Shown: piece after piece, positions 47,271 to 57,524 of the stretch
How the letters are laid out: every line of letters starts with the position of its first letter
Numbering within the stretch: position 1 is the first letter of the stretch
Origin: Felis catus
Taxonomy: Eukaryota
Direction of reading: 5' to 3'
Assembly (NCBI RefSeq): GCF_018350175.1
Contig: NC_058368.1
Span: 79,300,001 to 79,364,000, forward strand
DNA: 64,000 nucleotides
Notes under the pieces: model-generated
The model's database searches: none
What the model was told of the DNA's origin: nothing
What the model saw: the letters and a program-made list of their open reading frames with translations, nothing else
Position numbers and translations under genes: made by a program

Positions 47271-49688
47271 CAGAGAATGAGCTTGTAAGTGTCAAGGCCC
47301 CCGAATGCGTCTCTGATGCAACCCTTGACAGTCCTTGCACTGGGGATCTCCCTCCTTGTTAACAGCACGTTTTAAGAACGTGGCCTGTGAAGGATTAAGA
47401 AGCACATGAGGCCTGCGAGTCAATGCTGTTCTTTTACGTCTGCTAACGCAGCTTCCACTGAAATGAAATGAACTTTGAACATCCGCCTCATCGAGTCATT
47501 TTTAACTGTCCGGCCCATGTTGTTTCACCAGAGGATGTCTCAGTTTCAGAATAACATACTGCTCTGAAATGTTCTCTCCCCTCGGGGTTGCAAATTTCTG
47601 ATTATACTCTTGTCAAGGCGCCTGGTTGCTGACCATCCTGGTGAACATCCCACAGCGCGCACATGGAACACCTTCAGGGGAGCGGATATGACTCGGAATA
47701 CAATGTTCATACAAAAGAGACCGGATGAGCCGCCGTGTTATTGTGGGTTGATCTGTCAGGCTGAAGCATTGGGAACATCTGGAGAAAGCTGTCACATCTC
47801 ACAGAGAACAACAGGCCCGGAAAATGTGACTTATTTACCAAAAGCAGGAGGAAACATCCACAACCAAGCCAGTGGAGGCTACAGAGCACTTGAAAGTGTT
47901 CTGGAAATCCCAGGAAGCAAGCTGACAATGGTCCAGTCAAAGGTCTCGTTCATGTCTCTCTTAGTTTGGAACATGTCCTTGCTGGATCTTTATGGGTAAC
48001 TTTCACTAGAATTATGGAGATAATGAATTAAGGTCCTACGATCCTCCAAGACTAATGCCTCTTTCACACAGTGACCAATGAACAGTGGAACCATCACTCT
48101 CTCCCTCTCAAAGGCTAACCAAGGGTAGCTACGGGAAGAAAGTACTTAGACTCTAAATATTCAGTAGAACTTAATTTTGTCTCCCAACTGAAGTGGCCTC
48201 TGGTTCGGGGTCCTCGGTAGCAGGGCAGACCCCCCCACTCTGGGCTCCCGTGGCCTTTCACCCATCTCCAGGAAATCGTGTGTTCCCATCCAGTTGGAGT
48301 CTCCTCTCTCCCGAAGGTGTCATCAAATGCCATAATGTACACGTATCTTATTTGCCAAGGATCGCTTAGCAACGGAACCCAGTGTTCTGCCAACTTTCTT
48401 TTCATGCTGACAACCTAGATTTCACAGAAATTGTGTTTTCTAGAAGGCTTTGGGGATCGGGAAGGGTGACGAAGAGATGCCTCATCACAAACAGATACTG
48501 GCACTGGCTGCCCCTGTTTATGATTTCTGGGGATATTTTCGATGTTATTTTAATGGCATGCCATTCAACAACAATTTATTTTCAATCACTGGCTATTAAT
48601 CAGCGGCAGATTGACGTCAGTTACCTCATAAAGCTGATGGCATAAACTGCTGTGTTTGTGCAGAAATATAAACTTGATTTTCGCCACCAACATTAAAAGC
48701 CAGCATAAAACTAACGTATTACCAGGAGGATGTAAGTGCACCGGTGATGTTTACTCACCTTGTAAAAAATGAGGCCACATTATCTTATACATATTCATTA
48801 TAAGATCTTAGATTCGTCCTGCGGGGTGAAGGATAAAGTACAGGATCCGATATGTTATTTCCTCTTCTTTCTTTCATTTCTCTCTACTCATGCTGTAAAG
48901 GGAAAGGAGGTGAGGCTGCTGATATGTTGCCGAGTAGACGAGTATTAGCTACGTTTGAATGTAATAAATGCTCCTCATTTTAATGACAGGCCCTTATGGA
49001 ATGATTTACTATGTGATTCATTTTAAAAGAGTATCTAATCGTGGCAATGACAAAGTACACAACGGGCAGAATAATATTGTTCCTTCTAAGGAAGTCTCTG
49101 CGTCTCATTCCTTATGCTACCTACTAATTCTACTGAGACTGTGTATGGTTAATTGATTTCCCCCCATATTTCGTCATGAGATTATTACCTGACGTTAAGA
49201 AAGAAGACGATATGGTTCTTTTTTCATACAAGTCAACCTAAATGTGGGTCTGAACGAGTCATAGGAGACTTCGTATAACATTATCCACCAGCTTTCTGGA
49301 ATCCCTTATCACATCAGCCATTACCAGAAATGAACAGAGGTTTCCCCAGGTAAGTGTCCAGACCAGTGAAGCATTTTTCACACTTCTCTTTTAAGGTAGA
49401 TAGGACTAAATTATTAAACGGCTTAGTTTATACCCAGCCCATCCGAGGCTGAAATTGGTTACCTGCTGGCATTGCCACAGCAAGCTGACAGGCAGGCTGG
49501 ACTCTGGAGTCTCTTCTAGAGTACGCACTGAAACAGGCCATCGCTCCAGTGTTTTCTACCAGACACGCGTTTGTTTGCGATAATCATTCATTCCACAAAT
49601 ACTTACCAAGCATCTGCCAAGTGCCAAACTCAGTAGAGGCGGGAACGGTGTAAAAAGTCAAGCTCTCCTGGAGCTTCTGTTCCAGCCA

Positions 49689-49689
49689 G

Positions 49690-49720
<31 letters not shown>

Positions 49721-49758
49721 GCACGCACACGTACGCACACACGCACACATGCACACAC
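49689..49758 (+). repeat. (CA)n/(CACG)n microsatellite
   Basis: About 70 bp of alternating purine-pyrimidine sequence. Confidence 0.97.
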
Positions 49759-49939
49759 ATGACTTCCCAGACTTCAGGACGTTAAGCAAGCTGAAACGTT
49801 CACATAATTTACTTTGTGAAAATATCCAGCTTTTCAAGTTGGAGCCTAGCGTCATGGAGGTATTAGCCAATGGGAGGGGTCCTCCCCAGGAAGACAATTG
49901 CTTTAATTTGTTCAGACGTTGGAGAGGATGTGGGTAGTT

Positions 49940-50175
49940 TAGGGTGTATACTTTGAGTTAGACAGACTAGGGTTTAAAATCTAATTCTGATGTCTTCTCT
50001 ATGTCACCCTGACAATCTAAATAACCTGTCCAAGTGTCAGTGTTTTCAAACATAAATCGTGGAGCACGGCAATTTCCACCGGATCAGGCAGTTTCTGTGA
50101 GCATGTAAGGAGCTAATGCGTCCACGTGCTCTCCACGGGGCCTGGCACACAGCAGCCACTCAATCAACGGCAGGT
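49940..50175 (+). mobile_element. MIR
   Basis: gagttagacagactagggtttaaaatc...gcctggcacacagcagccactcaatcaacggcag. Confidence 0.7.
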
Positions 50176-50353
50176 CATTTTGTGTCTCCACTTCTCTGAT
50201 GTCAGGCTCAGCTGCCCGCCCTTCCAGCTTGGACATTGGCAGCTGTGAATTTATCTCTGTTGTCCCATTTGAGGAACACAATTACACACCTGAAAAAGCT
50301 GTGTGAGGAATGGAAGAATCGGAGGGGGACAGATATTGGTGTATGGATGAAGT

Positions 50354-50919
50354 ATTGTCGATTATTCGCATAGTTCTGGTCTACCTGGAGTTCTCCAGGA
50401 AATACAGGGTGAAGTTCCTACCCGCCTCCGGTCACCATATTTCCATCAACTGATCAATACGTAGCCTTGACTTATATGCCTTTCTCTTTAAAGATGCCTT
50501 ATTTGGTATAGATTGTTGATTCACTAACACTGAACTCAGGCCCAACAGCGCTGTGGCTCATGCCGGAAAAAGCTCATCTAAGACCTGTGTTTTTCCCCTA
50601 GTGGACAGCCCTTCAGCACTATGCCTGGGACATTGTAAAACAGTGAAGTCACACACAAAAAATGTGACAAACGTGGCACTAAAGACACTGCAAAAACTAT
50701 GCTTGTTCACTCTGTGAGAGCTGAGACAGGAAGTCAGGGCTCCATCTGCTCAGCCTCGGCCGGGAATGTGCACCAGGAGCAACTCTAACATTTGGCCGCT
50801 CAGCACATGTCTGCAAATGACCGCACGAGCCCCGTGGGGGAGGAGCTGGGGTCACAAATAAACTTCCGCCTGTAGGTTAATTTGCAAATACGGAATCTGT
50901 GAATGAGGAGGACTCACTG
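50354..50919 (-). mobile_element. MER82-like TcMar-Tigger DNA transposon relic
   Basis: ggaaatacagggtg, tcaactgatcaatacg, gattgttgattcactaacactgaactca, aacgtggcactaaagac; terminus tttgcaaatacggaatctgtgaatgaggaggactcactg followed by TA. Confidence 0.8.
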
Positions 50920-51135
50920 TACATGACCCCCCCAGCCATATACTCAAATGGATGAAGATCGTAAAAGCCTGAGAATGGTCATAATGCGGTTGAAAGAGCT
51001 TCTTTTCATTTATAAAAATGGACAAACGGGAAGTCTTGTGATTTGATAGAATCACACTCGATAATCTTAGGTGTGAACGAACCTCAGTTCATTGGTGAAA
51101 AAAGCAAATTGGAACAGTGAAGAAAAGTAATTTCA

Positions 51136-51324
51136 GGGATGCCCAAGTGGCTCAGTCAATTGAGCGTTTGTTGATTTTGGCTCGGGTCATGACCTCACAG
51201 TCATGGGATCGAGCCCTGAGTTGGGCTCTGCTCTGACAATGTGGACCCTGCTTCAGATTATCTCTTCCCCCCCCCCCTTGCCCTCCCTCTTCCGAATGCA
51301 TGCACGTGCATGAGCACACACAAA

Positions 51325-51363
<39 letters not shown>

Positions 51364-51375
51364 AGAATTAATAAA
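51136..51375 (+). mobile_element. Older CanSINE
   Basis: Head gggatgcccaagtggctcagtc and (CT)n tract; TSD-like aaaa(g)taa(t/c)ttcag at about 51123 and 51612 encloses the next SINE too. Confidence 0.88.
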
Positions 51376-51378
51376 GAA

Positions 51379-51602
51379 GGGCACCTGGGTGGCTCAGTTG
51401 GTTAAACATCTGACTTCGACTCAGGTCACAATCTCACTGTTGAGTTCAAACCCCGCATCAGGCTCTGCTGACAGCTTGGAGCCTGGAGCCTGCTTTGGGT
51501 TCTCTGTCCCCTCTCTCTCTGCCCCTCCCCCTCTTGCACTCTCTCTCTGTCTCTGTCTCTCTCTCTCAAAAATAGATAAACATTTAAAAATGCAAAAAAA
51601 AA
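51379..51602 (+). mobile_element. CanSINE inserted in the tail of the previous SINE
   Basis: Head gggcacctgggtggctcag, full body and tail. Confidence 0.94.
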
Positions 51603-53266
51603 ACCACTTAAAAAATAACTTCAGCAAGATCCACCTAATTTTAGTAGAACAACCTCTTGAAAATGGCAAAGAACATGAAAGTTTAGGATTGCTTCACCCA
51701 TTATTCTTGAATTAGTAATTAAATGCCTACAGCACTCCTACTCATTTAGAAGGTGTTACAGGAGATAATAGAAGAGAACCAGAATAGCTACCCTTATTGA
51801 GTTTACAACAGTATCCCACTTTAAGTAGTTATACAGTCCATAGTCTATATTCGTATCAGGAGGGTCAGTGCTTATATACATGCCCAGACAGTGGCCCAGG
51901 ACCTGGGGAGTCAGAGCTGGTGGTTCTCAGTGGTAGGGCCAGTGACACCCTGTCCTGTCCACACTCTGTGGGCAGGCAGTGTGCACAGACGGGGATGCTG
52001 GAGAGGGAGGTGTGAACCTTCCCAGGTTCCAGACTTTGGAGCGTCCTATCTGAGCTTAATATATGACACTTGGGATATATGATACTTAAACTGCCTACTC
52101 AGGCTGTCTGCTGCTTGTTCCTAGAGGTGCCTCAACGGATGCCAGAACCAAGACCCAAAGGAGATTTGATGGTGCCTACTGCAATGGCGAACTCTAACAA
52201 AATGAAATTTAACTCTTTGCCTGGGTCTTAAAAAATCGAATTGTATGTACCCAAGATAGAGGGCAGCAGTTGGCATGAAAACCGGTTAGGAGTTTCATAG
52301 ACGATAAGCTGAGAGAAACTCATGGGCTGTGGGAACTGGTGTCAGTTTGACACAGACGGAAAGACAGAATATAGCTCTGCTTGTCCCTGCAGGGAAGCCA
52401 CCATGGAGAAAGACGGAGAAAGAACCCGAAACCACACAATGTGAGTCACAATTGGAAGACGAGGGGTGTTTTCTCCTGAAGACTGAAGAACACGAAGTGA
52501 TGTGAAACATCGGAATGATTGTCTCATGAGAAAAGAATTAACCGGAATGGTTTCCTGGGTGCAGGGTGAAGGGAAGGGTGGACTGAGGCAGAACCAGTTG
52601 TAGCCCACTGAGGCAGCCATCTTGAGAGGTAACAACAACTCCCCATCACCGCAAGGACCAGGTGAGAACCATACCAACGTTCTGATCACCGTCTTCTGAG
52701 ATAACACATTGGCGTTTTCTTTCTCAAAGTGTGGTCAACACATCACCAAAATAAGAGAGATGCCAGGATGTCTTCCGGGGGCCTGGTAAGTATGTTTCAT
52801 TTCTGCAGGATTTCTATGGAAACACCAAAAAAGACAACTGCTTCATGTAGGGTGAGCAGCAGGTGTGATGGGAAGCTCCCGAGCGTGAGCCAGGTGTCGG
52901 GCATGCCCAGACAGATATGTCCCATCCTGAAGGTCAGTGGCCACCATGGGAGGGGAGGCTCAGAGATGGTAGGGTGTTCTCGACTTTCCTGGGCTTTCTT
53001 AGCTGCCTGGAGAAGATTGATCCGGACTTGTCCTGTGGGGGCAAAATCAAAGCCTTCACTTCTGGAAAAAGAACATTTTTGAATAAGTCAGGGTCAAAAG
53101 AATTATTAATTGCTTCCTTGTTGGAATCCACACAGATCACAGGATAGGAGCAAACTACTACCATGATTTTCAAATAATATATGTAGGAGTCAACAAGAAA
53201 AAAATTAATGAATTCTCTTTCTTTTTCATTTGTTAATATTTTAGCTTTGTTGCCTTTTAGATTTCA

Positions 53267-53503
53267 GGGGCACCTCGGTGGGTCAGTCATTTAAGCGTCC
53301 GACTTCAGCTCAGTCATGATCTCGCGGTTTGTGAGTTCAAGCCCCACATCGGGCTCTGTGCTGACAGCTCAGAGCCTGGAGCCTGCTTCAGATTCTGTGT
53401 CTCCCTCTCTCTCTCTGCCCCTCCCCCGTTCATGCTCTGTCTCTCTCAAAAATAAATAAGCATTTAAAAAGTAAAAAATAAATAAAAACAACAATAAATA
53501 AAA
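53267..53503 (+). mobile_element. CanSINE
   Basis: Full body with an A-rich tail. Confidence 0.95.
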
Positions 53504-53966
53504 ATTGGTTTTTTTTTATTTCATATGTCAATTGTTTTATTTGGATATAAGTTGTTCTTGGGGAAATGATCTTGAAAGAAATATATTCTTATAGATGTGG
53601 AAGTGATATCACTCCTTATATCCTGAGATTTCATGATGATCAATATCAAACCTAGACCTTTTCTTTTCAAATATGCATTCAATCCTAATTTCTATAAAAA
53701 GATTCCAGGTGTATAGTCCTGAGCCTTTCCCATCCAGGCCTCTGACCATAAGCCATGGAGATGCAAAAAAAAAATTAGGTTCCAATTTTTGCCTATCAAA
53801 GTAACAAACTAGGAAAACGTATGGAACCTTTGGACAAGAATGCACCTTGAACCAGCTATTAGCAATGTCAAGACTTTGTGGGAGGGCGGGTTGACAACCA
53901 GTAGCAAAAATACTAAAAACAGGTGCATATCGTATCCAACAAGTACACTTAAGAAACTTAACAAAA

Positions 53967-54176
53967 GGAGTGCCTGGGGGGCTCAGTTGCTTAAGCATCT
54001 GCCTCTTGATTTCCGCTCAGGTCATGATGTCAAGCTTGTGGTTTTGAGCCTCTCATCTGGCACCACGCTGAGCATGGAGCCTGCTTGGGATTCTCTCTCT
54101 CCCTCTCTCTCTCTCTCTGCCTATAAATAAATAAATAAATAAACAAACAAATAAACAAACAAACTTAAAGAAAAAG
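53967..54176 (+). mobile_element. Older CanSINE with (TAAA)/(CAAA) tail
   Basis: Head ggagtgcctggggggctcag; TSD gaaa(c/a)ttaacaa. Confidence 0.88.
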
Positions 54177-54413
54177 GAAAATTAACAAGAATGAGCACAA
54201 AGATTTAACCACAGTGGTAAGCAGAGTGGAGCGTGAAAGAACTTGACACAAATGTCCACCATTAAGTCATGTTGCATTTAATTACAGAAAAAAAATGAGT
54301 CTATTTTTAGGAGTATAAGTTAAATTAAAAAAACAATATAATTCCTATTATATAAAGAATACATATCTACATGTGTATATGTGTGAATAGAAAGAGAAAA
54401 GAAATATACATAT

Positions 54414-54601
54414 GGGGCGTATGGATGACTCAACCAGCTGAGTGTCAGACTTCAGCTCAGGTCATGATCTCAGGGTTGGTGGGTTTGAGTCCCATGTTGG
54501 GCTCTGTGCTGGCAGTGCAGAGCCTGCTTCAGATTCTCTGTCTTCCTCTCTCTCTTCCACTCCCCAACTTACGCTGTCTAAAAAATAATCATTAAAAAAA
54601 A
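54414..54601 (+). mobile_element. CanSINE (outermost of a triple nest)
   Basis: Perfect 17-bp TSD aaaagaaatatacatat at 54397-54413 and 55079-55095. Confidence 0.92.
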
Positions 54602-54605
54602 TCTT

Positions 54606-54813
54606 CTTTTTAATTAAAAAAAATTTAATATGTATTTATTTTTGAGAGGGAGACAGAGCATGAGTGGGGGAGGGGCAGAGAGAGAGGGAGACACAGAATC
54701 CGAAGCAGGCTTCAGGCTCTGAGCTGTCGGCACAGAGCCTGATGTGGGGCTCGAACCCACAAACCGCGAGATCATGACTTGAGCCGAAGTTTGGTGCTCA
54801 ACCAACTGAGCCA
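54606..54813 (-). mobile_element. CanSINE (about 12 nt 5'-truncated) nested in the tail of the previous SINE
   Basis: Antisense body; TSD-like ttaaaa..aatctt at about 54592-54605 and 54815-54827. Confidence 0.94.
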
Positions 54814-54828
54814 TTTAAAAGAATCTTA

Positions 54829-55058
54829 GGGGCGCCTGGGTGGCGCAGTCAGTTAAGCGTCCGACTTCAGCCAGGTCACGATCTCGCGGTCTGTGAGTTC
54901 GAGCCCCGCGTCAGGCTCTGGGCTGATGGCTCAGAGCCTGGAGCCTGTTTCCGATTCTGTGTCTCCCTCTCTCTCTGCCCCTCCCTCGTTCATGCTCTGT
55001 CTCTCTCTGTCCCCAAAATAAAAAAAAAAATAAAATAAAAAAAAGGTTGAAAAAAAAA
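54829..55058 (+). mobile_element. Young felid SINEC_Fc
   Basis: Diagnostic tggcgcagtc, cagccaggtcacg, gggctgatggctcag; TSD taaa(a/g)gaatctta at 54816-54828 and 55059-55071. Confidence 0.97.
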
Positions 55059-55106
55059 TAAAGGAATCTTAAATAATAAAAAGAAATATACATATAAAAT
55101 GTTCAT

Positions 55107-55990
55107 AAAGTTTTATTATGGGAAATTCGTAATCTACACCAAGCAGAGAAAATAGTGTAATACGTTCAAATATGCCCATTCACTGGGCTGTACGGATGGT
55201 CAGTTCAGTCAATTTTGTTCCACGTAGATCCCCCCTTACACTTTCCCCTGCTGCAGACGCCAGCTGGTTATTTCAGTCATGAGGTCACATGATTTGTAAA
55301 TATTTTATTATAAATGGCTAAAAGACAATGACTTCAAAATGTAAATAATAACAATGTGATTATCATATATAAAAAATAGAAATAGTTATTTCTTAATTTT
55401 ATTAAATGTCAATATTTTAATGTCCCAAATTAGCTATCTATTTTCTTAAATCAGAATTCAGACAAAACACACACTGCAATGATGTACTATGTCTTTTAAG
55501 ACCCTTTTAACTTTTAGGTCATTTTTTCCTTTTTTTGTTTGTGACAATGTGTTTGTTGAAGAATCTTGCTGACTGCCTTCTTCAGGTGCTGTCTAATGTG
55601 CTTTCCTGCCATATTTGTTAGGAACTGTAAGTACCCGTGATGCTAACTGATGTCAATCCATTATTCCATCGTCAGTAGTGACATGGTGATGTTCTGAATC
55701 TGTCATTACTTTTTTTCATTCAAAAGCCAGAATACTTCCATAAGATGAAACTTGAAAGGCAGGATAAATACTTGAGTTCCCCCCCTTTCTTCCAGTCTTC
55801 CAAATAGGGAGCTGTTTCTCTAGCATCTTCTAAGCAGGCAAGAAAGCCAATGAGTTGGGTTTTTTCTTCATTATGAACCAGTAGATTGGAACATATTTGA
55901 TGTGTTTCAATGCAGTTACTCTTACTGATGTTCACATTGCCCGTTGGCCAGTGGGGGCGATTTCAGATGGGCCCCCACGTCTACCTCCAT
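55107..55990 (-). mobile_element. Ancient L1 3'-end fragment (L1MC4/5-like)
   Basis: ttttattatgggaaattc...agagaaaatagtgtaat...tttgatgtgtttcaat...ttactgatgttcacattgcccgttggccagtggg. Confidence 0.65.
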
Positions 55991-56183
55991 TACTCCTGTG
56001 ATCTCAGATAGCTGTCCTGCTGCCCCCGGTGGCCCTGTCCTGGCTTCGGAGCCAGGCGGTATCTGCCTCTCACCGCCAGAGTCTCTCAGCTCAACTGAGC
56101 CCCTCCCCACTGTGCCCTCCAGCTAGTCTACAGAGTTTCTGAACCACAGAAACCGAGGCACTCAAATTATTGTTGCTACTTTT

Positions 56184-56405
56184 TTTTTTTAATTTTCTTT
56201 TTTTTTGAACGTTTATTTATTTTTGGGACAGAGAGAGAGCATGAACGGGGAAGGGGCAGAGAGAGAGGGAGACACAGAATTGGAAACAGGCTCCAGGCTC
56301 TGAGCCATCAGCCTACAGCCTGACGCGGGGCTCAAACTCATGGACCACAAGATCGTGACCTGGCTGAAGTCGGACGCTTAACCGACTGCGCCACCCAGGC
56401 GCCCC
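56184..56405 (-). mobile_element. Young felid SINEC_Fc
   Basis: TSD tattgttgctactttt at 56168 and 56406. Confidence 0.97.
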
Positions 56406-56424
56406 TATTGTTGCTACTTTTTAA

Positions 56425-56628
56425 AAAATATTTATTTATTTATTTTTGAGAGACAGAGTGTGAGTGTGGGAGGGGCAGAGAAAAAGAGAGGGAGGGCAAG
56501 AATCCCAAGCAGGTTCTGCTGTTCAGCACAGAGCCCCATGGGGGGCTCGATCCCACCAACAGTGAGATCAGGACCTGAACCAAAATCAGGAGTTCGATTC
56601 TTACCCCAGTGAGCCACCCAGACCTCCC
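56425..56628 (-). mobile_element. Older CanSINE
   Basis: Ends gagccacccagacctccc, followed by a third target copy gattgttgttac. Confidence 0.9.
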
Positions 56629-57091
56629 TGATTGTTGTTACGTTTAACTCATTTAGTCTTCTGACAGGAATAACCAACAATTCTGGATTATTAACCAAAT
56701 AAATGCTATTAACCAAATATTATTAACCTAATATGATTAACCGAACCAAATGTAACCAATAAAGAGCTGAACAGAATGTATTAAATATATGCATGTGTAT
56801 GAGACATACGTATGTCCACATACATTTATCCGTCAAAATATCCAGACGAGGCAATTCAGAAGTGGAGAGAGGGAAAGAGAATAAGGTCCAGGGGACTGGA
56901 GGTTAAGCTTCTTTGCCTATACTACATTTTTTAGATTTAATTTTGAAATTATGTAAATGTTTTATGTAATTATACATAATTTTACAAAAGCAGTCCCTGA
57001 AAACTAAAGAGAATGGGGTAAATGAACTGACAGTATATTGACATGGAGGCATACGTAGTCACACAAAGAGGAGTTCCTTCAAGTGACTTTT

Positions 57092-57305
57092 TTTTTTTTC
57101 AACGTTTATTATTTATTTTTTGGGACAGAGAGAGACAGAGCATGAACAGGCGAGGGGCAGAGAGAGAGGGAGACACAGAATCGGAAACAGGCTCCAGGCT
57201 CTGAGCCATCAGCCCAGAGCCCGACGCGGGGCTCGAACTCACAGACCGTGAGATCGTGACCGGCTGAAGTCGGACGCTTAACCGACTGCGCCACCCAGGC
57301 GCCCC
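57092..57305 (-). mobile_element. Young felid SINEC_Fc
   Basis: Near-consensus and CpG-rich; TSD aagtgactttt at 57081 and 57306. Confidence 0.97.
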
Positions 57306-57316
57306 AAGTGACTTTT

Positions 57317-57524
57317 TTTTTTAACGTTTATTTATTGAGACAGAGAGAGACAGAGAATGAACGGGGGAGGGTCAGAGAGAGAGAGGGAGACACAGAATCT
57401 GAAACAGGCTCCAGGCTCTGAGCTGTCAACACAGAGCCCGACGTGGGGCTCGAACTCACGGACCGCGAGATCATGACCTGAGCCGAAGTTGGCCGCTTAA
57501 CCGACTGAGCCACCCAGGCGCCCC
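57317..57524 (-). mobile_element. CanSINE
   Basis: 16-bp TSD ccttcaagtgactttt at 57076-57091 and 57525-57540 encloses both tandem SINEs. Confidence 0.96.

Noticed and set aside
55945..55962. CTCF-like motif tggccagtgggggcga
   Set aside because: One base short in the core spacing and lies in a recurrent L1MC segment (cf. tttggccagtgg at about 42164).
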